Positions 56,534-64,000 of a stretch of 64,000 nt of DNA are shown here, one piece after another. The DNA lies in the NCBI RefSeq assembly GCF_006345805.1, contig NC_042998.1, positions 55,552,001 to 55,616,000 on the forward strand, in the 5' to 3' direction. The notes beneath the pieces were generated by a model. The model had not been told where the DNA came from. It saw only the letters and a list, made by a program, of their open reading frames with translations, and made no database searches. This DNA is from Octopus sinensis. Its lineage: Eukaryota. Numbering within the stretch: position 1 is the stretch's first letter; each line of letters opens with the position of its first letter. The position numbers and the translations under genes were made by a program.

Positions 56534-57321
56534 CTGGAAGTAGACATGATAAACGTTCTCCTTTTCTCTCAAATCCTAAAATTAGAAGGTTTTATAACGA
56601 AAAAGAAAATATTTCATAAATTTCCTCCAAATTATAACTAACTTTATCATTAATTTTAATCTAATTTCCCTCTTTGTAATATATTTAATAAACTTACAGG
56701 TTAAGTCAAGGTAAAAATTCCTTTAAATAATACTAACTACTGAGTTAAATAATACTAACTACATATTGTGAACTTTGTCAAATTATATATGTAAACTCTG
56801 GTCTTCGTATTCTTTGATTTCAAATGCACATTTCTAATCCCGTTACACGCTGAGAGGAGATAGTTACCTTCCTTTGTATTAGAGGTCATCTAGAGGACAT
56901 CATGCACACACGCACACACACATACACACATATAGACACACACACATATATACATATATACACACATATAGACACACACACATATATACATATATACACA
57001 CATATAGACACACACACATATATAATCATTTACAGTATATTTTTGCTGACGCTCACATAGGTAGATAGAGACTAAAACGATAAATGGTAAGCGGGTGATT
57101 GTCAGTAGGAGGCATTAAATATTCTCAAACATATGGGCTGTGAAACACATCCATCTTTCCTTTCCACGCCGCTTATCATTTTAACCCTGAAGGTCTCTGT
57201 CCTAAGCATTGATTTCTCCACTCTCCATGCAAAGTTAACGTAATAGTTGTCTTTGGGAAAGAGAATATTAGATCTGAACAGAAAACCTCGTTTCTTTTAC
57301 ACCTTAGTTAAATATTTAGTG

Positions 57322-58072
57322 AATGCGCGTGGCTTATTGTTTAGGATATTCGGCTCACGACCATTAGGTCGTGAGTTCAGTTTCCGGCAGCACGTTGTGT
57401 CCTTGAACGAGACACGTTATTTCACGCTGCTCCAGTCCACTCAGCTGTCAAAAATGAATAGTAACTGTTTTTCAAAGGACCAGTCTTATTTCTTTATTGC
57501 TCACTAGGGCCTAAACATAGAGGGGACAAACAAGGACAGACAAAGGGATTAAGTCGATTACATCGACCCCAGTGAGTAACTGGTACCTAATTTATCGACC
57601 CCGAAAGGATGAAAGGCAAAGTCGACCTCGGCGGAATTTGAACTCAGAACGTAGCGGCAGACGAAATACCTATTTCTTTATTACCCACAAGGGGCTAAAC
57701 ATAGAGGGGACAAGCATGGACAGACATAGGTATTAAGTCGATTATATCGACCCCAGTGCTTAACTGGTACTTAATTTATCGACCCCGAAAGGATGAAAGG
57801 CAAAGTCGACCTCGGCAGAATTTGGACTCACAACGTAATGGCAGCCGAAATACCGCTAAGCATTTCGCCCGACGTGCTAACGATTCTGCCAGCTCGCCGC
57901 CTTCAAAGGGCCAGTCTTGTCACATTCTGTGTTACGTTGAATCTCCATGAGAAGTACGTCAAGTTTCGACTGTCTGTGGAGTGCTCAGCCACTTACGTGT
58001 TAATTTCATGAGCATGCTGCTACGTCGTTCGGATCAACTGAAACCCTCGTCGTCGTAATCGACGGAGTACCA
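57322..58072 (+). mobile_element. SINE family C interrupted by a minus-strand dimeric family B SINE (57488-57901)
   Basis: 17-bp TSD TTCAAAGG(A/G)CCAGTCTT at 57471-57487 and 57902-57918. Confidence 0.9.
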
Positions 58073-58199
58073 GTATAAATTGACCATTTAACTGAATTAA
58101 ATCGCATGAATATACAGTCAGCAGTATATGTCTAAAACGGTATGTTTAAGGTGATCAGTATATTTCTTTCCTATTATCGTTATGTTTAAAAATCAATAC

Positions 58200-58560
58200 A
58201 GAAAAATTTTGTGTGCAATTTTTTGTATACCAAATTTTTTCCATACACAAAGACCCATTTCTGTTTTGTTTTTGTCATGATGCTACAACCACTTAAATGT
58301 TCTACTATCGAGAACCCTACAGGAGAAAAGCATTCATTTTTCTTTTGGTAGATGTCAACATTCCGAAGATCTTGGCCTTGAGCTTCTTTGATATGAATTT
58401 CGAAGGGATAGTTTGACAGGAAATTGAAATCTTCGCTTTTAGAATGACAGTGCATGATCACCTGATGGCGTATGCATTCTTGAGATAAATAATTCTTTCT
58501 GTTCATGAGCACCAGAAGCAATAACAACATAGATAACTTCACTGAAAAAGAAGAACAAGA
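58200..58560 (-). mobile_element. Helitron PIF1-helicase C-terminal relic
   Basis: KRRFQFPVKL, IKEAQGQDLRNVDIY, ECFS and KNLVYKK align to FKRLQFPVRL...NKAQGQ...CFSHGQ...NIVY. Confidence 0.75.
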
Positions 58561-59299
58561 GAGAGAAGTGGAAAGAAAGACTCTGAGGAAATAAATAGAA
58601 GAGATAACTGGAGCACAGAAAGGTCAACGTTTGGTTGCTGATAAATCTATTTCTTCAGATGCCCCTTGGTATCACCTATTCTTTCAAATTGTGCTGGTGT
58701 TTTACAGGAATCGTTCTGGTTTCATCACATGCTCGGAGTGTAAAGAAGGATCATATATATGTGAGTGCGTGTGTATGTTTGCGTGCGTGTACGTGCGTGT
58801 GTATGTGTGTGTATGTGTGTGTCTCTGTGCCTGTATTCATTCTCTTTTTATTTCAACATTGTGGTTTGTTACTGCGTACATGTGTTCATGTGTTTGTCAG
58901 TGTGCACAAGTATGTTTCTGTATGCGTGAACGTATTATGTATGAACGTATGTATGGATTTTTATGTAGAAACTATTCTTCTTTAGACTTCTTGTGGGTGT
59001 GTAGTACAATTATTGTTTTTATTTTCTTTATTTTTTTTCTTCTATCATCGACTACAAAAAGAAAGTCAATGTCAGAGGCAAATCGGCAGTGACTCCCTCT
59101 CGCTCATTCATGCAATTTATTTCTATCCCACAATCAATCACATCTTGATTTATCTCAACCTCTTTTTAACATATCCTTAACATATATAACGAGTCTGTGT
59201 CCACGTTTATGAGAATTTTCTTTCTCTTTTCTTTTACTATTTCATTCAGTAAATATCTGTGTATGTGTGTGTGTATATATATGTATATGTATATATATA

Positions 59300-59361
<62 letters not shown>

Positions 59362-59992
59362 ATAATATATATATATATACACACATGTGTGTTTGTGTGT
59401 ATGCATGTATGTAGGTATAAATGTTTACGTATATATATACATATATATATATATATGCACGCACACATACACGCATATATGAATTATATATATATATACA
59501 CATATATGTGTATATATAATACATTGATAGATTTCTTGGGTATTTGCATATCTATACACTTTAGTAACTTTTTCTCATATCCCAACTCTTGCTTGTATTA
59601 TGATCTCCCATCGTGATTCTCCCATACTGTCTTTTCTTCAATTTTCTATTTCCGTCATCAATTCCATTCGTCACCCTCCAGCTCTAACCATCTCATTTAT
59701 ATTAGTTTTTCTATAATATTATTTTCCTTTGCTCCTACTTTCACGCACATTTTATTCTCTTCCTTCTGTTTCTTCCTTTCTCTCCCTTTGCAGTTGTACA
59801 TTATGGACTTTTTCGACTTATTTTGCCTCATCTTCTCTTGAGTAATTGTTTAAACTTGAATCCAGTGCCTAAACAAAGAAGAACACAAAATAAATGGTCT
59901 AATGCTACTTTCCGTTTCAAGTTATCCTAGTGAGTCAAATTTTTCCCAACATTTTGTTTGCTTGGATTTTTATGCCTAACTCACACAAACGT

Positions 59993-60034
<42 letters not shown>

Positions 60035-60354
60035 GCACAAAGTAAACGTGCAGGTACATATGTTTGAGTATTTATATGTGTGCACTCACATTGTCCATAC
60101 ATACATATATGCGTGCATCTGTGTCTTTCTTCTTTCTTTCTTCTCCCAACAATCGTTTTCTCTCATTCGTTTAGTTTCCTTTATCACCTAATTTCCCTCC
60201 CTAAAAAGGCATAACCAATATCCTTTTTTTTTTCTTGTTATTTCATATTACTTAAAATAAATATTTTCACATTACTTTCCATTTCATGTTAACCCAGTTT
60301 TCCAAACTGAATTCGAGGGTCTCGTTTCTCTAGATTTTTATGGGCCATACTTAC

Positions 60355-60388
60355 CCCATTCCCGTAAGTCGAGAAAAATTCAAGAAAC
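60355..60388 (-). CDS. Candidate exon, phase 2-0 (FLEFFSTYGNG), NAGNAG acceptor
   Basis: TTGTTTGAACAG|CAG acceptor, GGG|GTAAGT donor. Confidence 0.3.
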
Positions 60389-61301
60389 CTGCTGTTCAAA
60401 CAACATCAGAACAATATTAAAACAAGTCAACCCTTCAGGAATCTCCCTCCCAGACACGGCCTCTATCAGACCATCCTGACTGAAAACGTATGTTATCAAT
60501 CTTATGAAGTTCTAACAGCGAATATAAGGTCGTTTTATTGTGTTGCCAGATGGAAGATGCTAAATTGTTACTATCCTCTACGCTGTTTCTGTTTAATCAT
60601 AAGTCATACCTGATTGGGCATTATGAACACTATTATTCTCGCCTTGACCGTCCCGCCTTTTAAGGAATATATCTAAGACTGTATTATCCAATATGTATTT
60701 TTTAGGTTTGTTAAACTGTCAATTATGAGAATTCTGTTGCTATCTTTAGAAGGTCGAGCGACCGCTGATTCCCGGTGATCTTCTGTGTAATTGTACGCTA
60801 TGTTTAAAAATAAGATGCCAGTATGTCAGCACAGAAATGGAAATAAAGTATCTACAATTGAAATACCCCAAAGCTATACAAGTGAATTAACACAGCTTTG
60901 ACTTTACATTTTCACGAATTCGACTCAGAAGCTGTGTTTTCAAATTGTTCCAAATAATTGCAATCTTCAAAAGAAAATGCATACGTTTCGGTGCACTTTT
61001 AAAAATTATCGTGATGATATCAAAGGTCAACTGTAAAGCAATTCCGTTGAGTTTTTATGCATATGGAAATTATCGAGGAAAGGGGATATGACCAAGATAA
61101 ATGTTACATAACAAGGAGAAAACATTTCATTGAGAACTTTATTACGAGTTTAGCTACAGCTGCATATGATGTGGCATTGAGACTGTACGAAACGTTCTAA
61201 AATTTGTGTAAGGAATAGGTCGACGTTTTGATATGAGATAGAATGGTGTGAGCAAAGATTTGTGGTAAATATGATTAACTTATGTTAGACAATATTGAAC
61301 A

Positions 61302-61369
61302 ATATGAATATGATGCGACATGTATCGCATCATATTCATATGATGCGATACATATCGCATCATATGAAT
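61302..61369. repeat. Compound overlapping palindromes
   Basis: ATATGAATATGATGCGA-CATGTA-TCGCATCATATTCATAT, then CATATGATGCGATA-CA-TATCGCATCATATG. Confidence 0.9.
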
Positions 61370-63034
61370 GTACAATAGCAAAAATGTTGTTTTACAATAG
61401 TATTTTCTTTTGAAAATATCATATCTTTGTTCTAGAACCGTTGATGGAGTTATTACATTAACTCAGTAATAATCTTTTGACAAGGAAGACTTCATCGGCG
61501 ACGAAAATAGAAAAGGCAGAAGTAAGTGAAAAATGGGCTTAGAAAAATTGACAACTACAGACAATATAAAGGAGCGGGAAGAACAGTAAAATTGTACTGT
61601 ACGCATTTTTATTTCCTTGTGGTTATGTTCGATACATCATATCATGGGTTAAATGTAAAGCTAGAAATATGATAAGTTGAATGCTAAACGTTCCTTGAAA
61701 TGTTTTGTTAAATACGTGCGAGTGTGAATATATGTGTATGTGTGTATATGTGTGTGAGTGTATGCGTATGTGTGTGCCCGTGTGTATGTGTGTAGACATA
61801 CATAATAAGTTTCTGCTTTGGAATTTTGCTTTCTCCAGCTGACTACTGGAAATCGCATTAAACACTTTGCGACAACACGGCTACAACGGTAGCAAATAGC
61901 ATAGATGATTCCACGGAATATTTAAATATTTACTCTAATAACAAAGTACTTAAATCCCACCTTTCTCTCTCTTCTCCTTTTCTGCCATGTTTATTGCCTC
62001 GTCGTCCAGAAAGAAGATTGTTCTTCCATGTACAGCTGTAGCTATTTTTATCATTTTGTTATTAGTCGGAGATTACTTTAATGTTACTCTACTTTTCATA
62101 TCTCCCTCTCAATAACGCAGTGAAACATTCCTTTATACTCCCCAATCACTTTTGGTTTACTTTAGTCTTGAATGCCTTATAAATCCTAAACTATTAAGCC
62201 CTTTGCTTCACTTAGCTCTCTAAGGACTTTGTATTTCAAATGTTTCTAATGGACAGCTCTTTTTTCTTTTCTTTTTCAGAATGTTGAATGCATGGCTTAG
62301 GCACTCATTTATTTTTTTTCTTGATCCTTTGCAGTGCTTTTAGAGCACATCTTCGAAAACCACTTTTGTTTTCTCCGTAAAACACACCCCAAAGTTTCCT
62401 TGTTGACCATCTTGCAAGAACCCAATTTGTTATTTATTTCATTTTTACACACTTCTTCTATCGTTTATTATTTTCCGTTTTCCCCTCTTTCTCTGTCACT
62501 TCCTTCACCTCCCTCTCAAACATACACTCATAGCGGTGCACAGACGAGTTTACTCTTATAATTAAGCACCATAAATCAATAATCTCATTTGTCACATAGA
62601 TTATTCTTATGCTATTTAGCGCTAACCAGAAGGCTCTATCAATATCCACATTCAATCAAATCTTAGCCGTTTATTCCTGAGTGTAATCATAGGGCTTCAA
62701 TATTTTGCATACGAATACCCTATTTTCGGTTACTTCAAAGTATCTAATGGCCATTAGAAATATGATATCTTGTTTTTACCCTTCTAAATCCATTTTATCT
62801 TTTAAGTTTTCAACATTAATATTTCATATTATATTCAACAAGCATAGAATTGTAAAAACCTATTATTTCCTTTAATCTTTCAAATCAACTCATGAGCACT
62901 TTCATTATTTTGTGTCTCAACTTCCTCTTCTTGTGCAGGGGTCGGCATCATTTTAAAAGATTAATGCATTTTCTAAAAAAAAAAAAAAAACAGCACTTAT
63001 GGCCTTTTGAGCATTTGATAGCTTTTAGACTGTA

Positions 63035-63888
63035 TTGGGTCATCCCATAAATAATGCAGTTTTTTTATACTTCTTTATTTTAAAAAATTAAGATAAACAA
63101 AGTTCTTTTTTAATCTAAAATATACTCTCCTTCATTTTCTACAATGCTCTTCCATCTATCTGGTAGACTTGCAAGGCCCCTTTTCCAAAATTCACTCCAC
63201 TTAGTACTGTTCTGACCTCGTCTACAGAATTCATATTTTTTCCGTCCAAATGATTTTGAAGACTGCAGAACAAATGATAATCAGATGGAGCAATGTCCGA
63301 CAAATATGGTGGGTGGGGCATTGTTTCCCATTCAAACTACTCCAACCTTTGGAATGTCATCCTCGCTGTACGTGGCTGAGCATTATCCTGATGGAAGAAC
63401 ACCTTTCATCTTGAAACCAAAGATGGACGTTTTCCGATGGCACGCAGGAGTCGATGAATGGTTCAGCAGTCATGATAGGATTTTTTTTCCACCAGACATC
63501 CTCGTCGAGCTTTACAGATCTTCCAGAACGAGGATCATCTCTTAGGCTGTAGTTTCCGGCTCGGGATTTCTGAAACCACCGTTGACACGGGTTTATGCTT
63601 ATTGTCTGATCCCCATAGTCTGCATTAATATTTCCATTGCGTTGTTGCCTTTATTGAACTCATAAAGCAAAATATGCTGAATATGCATGCGCCTTTGTCA
63701 CTTCCATTATAGCTTTGAAAAAGTAACTGTTAAAGTCGAACTGCACTCTTCAGAACTTGCACTAAGAAGTACAAGGTAAAATTAATACCTGCTTTTATAG
63801 CAAATTGACGTAGGTAGTTTATCCCGCCCCTCTCCAACTTTTAGTTCATGCAATTAAAAAAAACCGCATTATTTATGGGATGACCCAA
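63035..63888 (-). mobile_element. Internally deleted mariner with both TIRs and TA flanks
   Basis: TIR TTGGGTCATCCCATAAATAATGC(A/G)GTTTTT at both ends; HIQHILLYEFNKG, QRWFQK...DDPRSGRS, MPHPPYLSDIAPSDYHLF. Confidence 0.92.
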
Positions 63889-64000
63889 TATTTTTTGTAT
63901 CACGATTTGTTTGATATTGTGCTTACATAATATTTGCCAGTGATGGAAAATACGGGTACGAGGGGGATATTTAAAATTTTATATATAATACAACATACAT

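Noticed and set aside
62458-62680. Minus-strand ORF as the next upstream exon
   Set aside because: All frames from the good acceptor contain stops

Overview
This is AT-rich, microsatellite-saturated animal DNA. The SINE families and repeat landscape look like an octopus (coleoid cephalopod) genome; that is my recognition, not a database result. The window has no rRNA, true tRNA gene, CRISPR array or confidently identifiable host gene, and most ORFs in the track are microsatellite artefacts. Supported content: (1) about 25 tRNA-derived SINE copies from 3-4 families, some with target-site duplications (TSDs); (2) three R4/Dong-type RLE non-LTR retrotransposons from two families, all abutting (TAA)n arrays, one of them (11710-15710) nearly full length with frameshifts mostly at homopolymers; (3) Penelope-like (GIY-YIG) fragments and a cluster of long fold-back inverted repeats at 25.5-32.7 kb; (4) three type I hammerhead-ribozyme motifs with palindromic helix III, two with non-canonical cores; (5) relics of mariner, Tc1-like, Tigger/pogo, Helitron, CRE and RTE elements. 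A low-confidence chain of phase-compatible minus-strand exons (60.4 to 31.0 kb) may belong to a host gene. The most interesting candidates are the ribozyme-bearing fold-back mini-elements and the possibly intact R4/Dong element.
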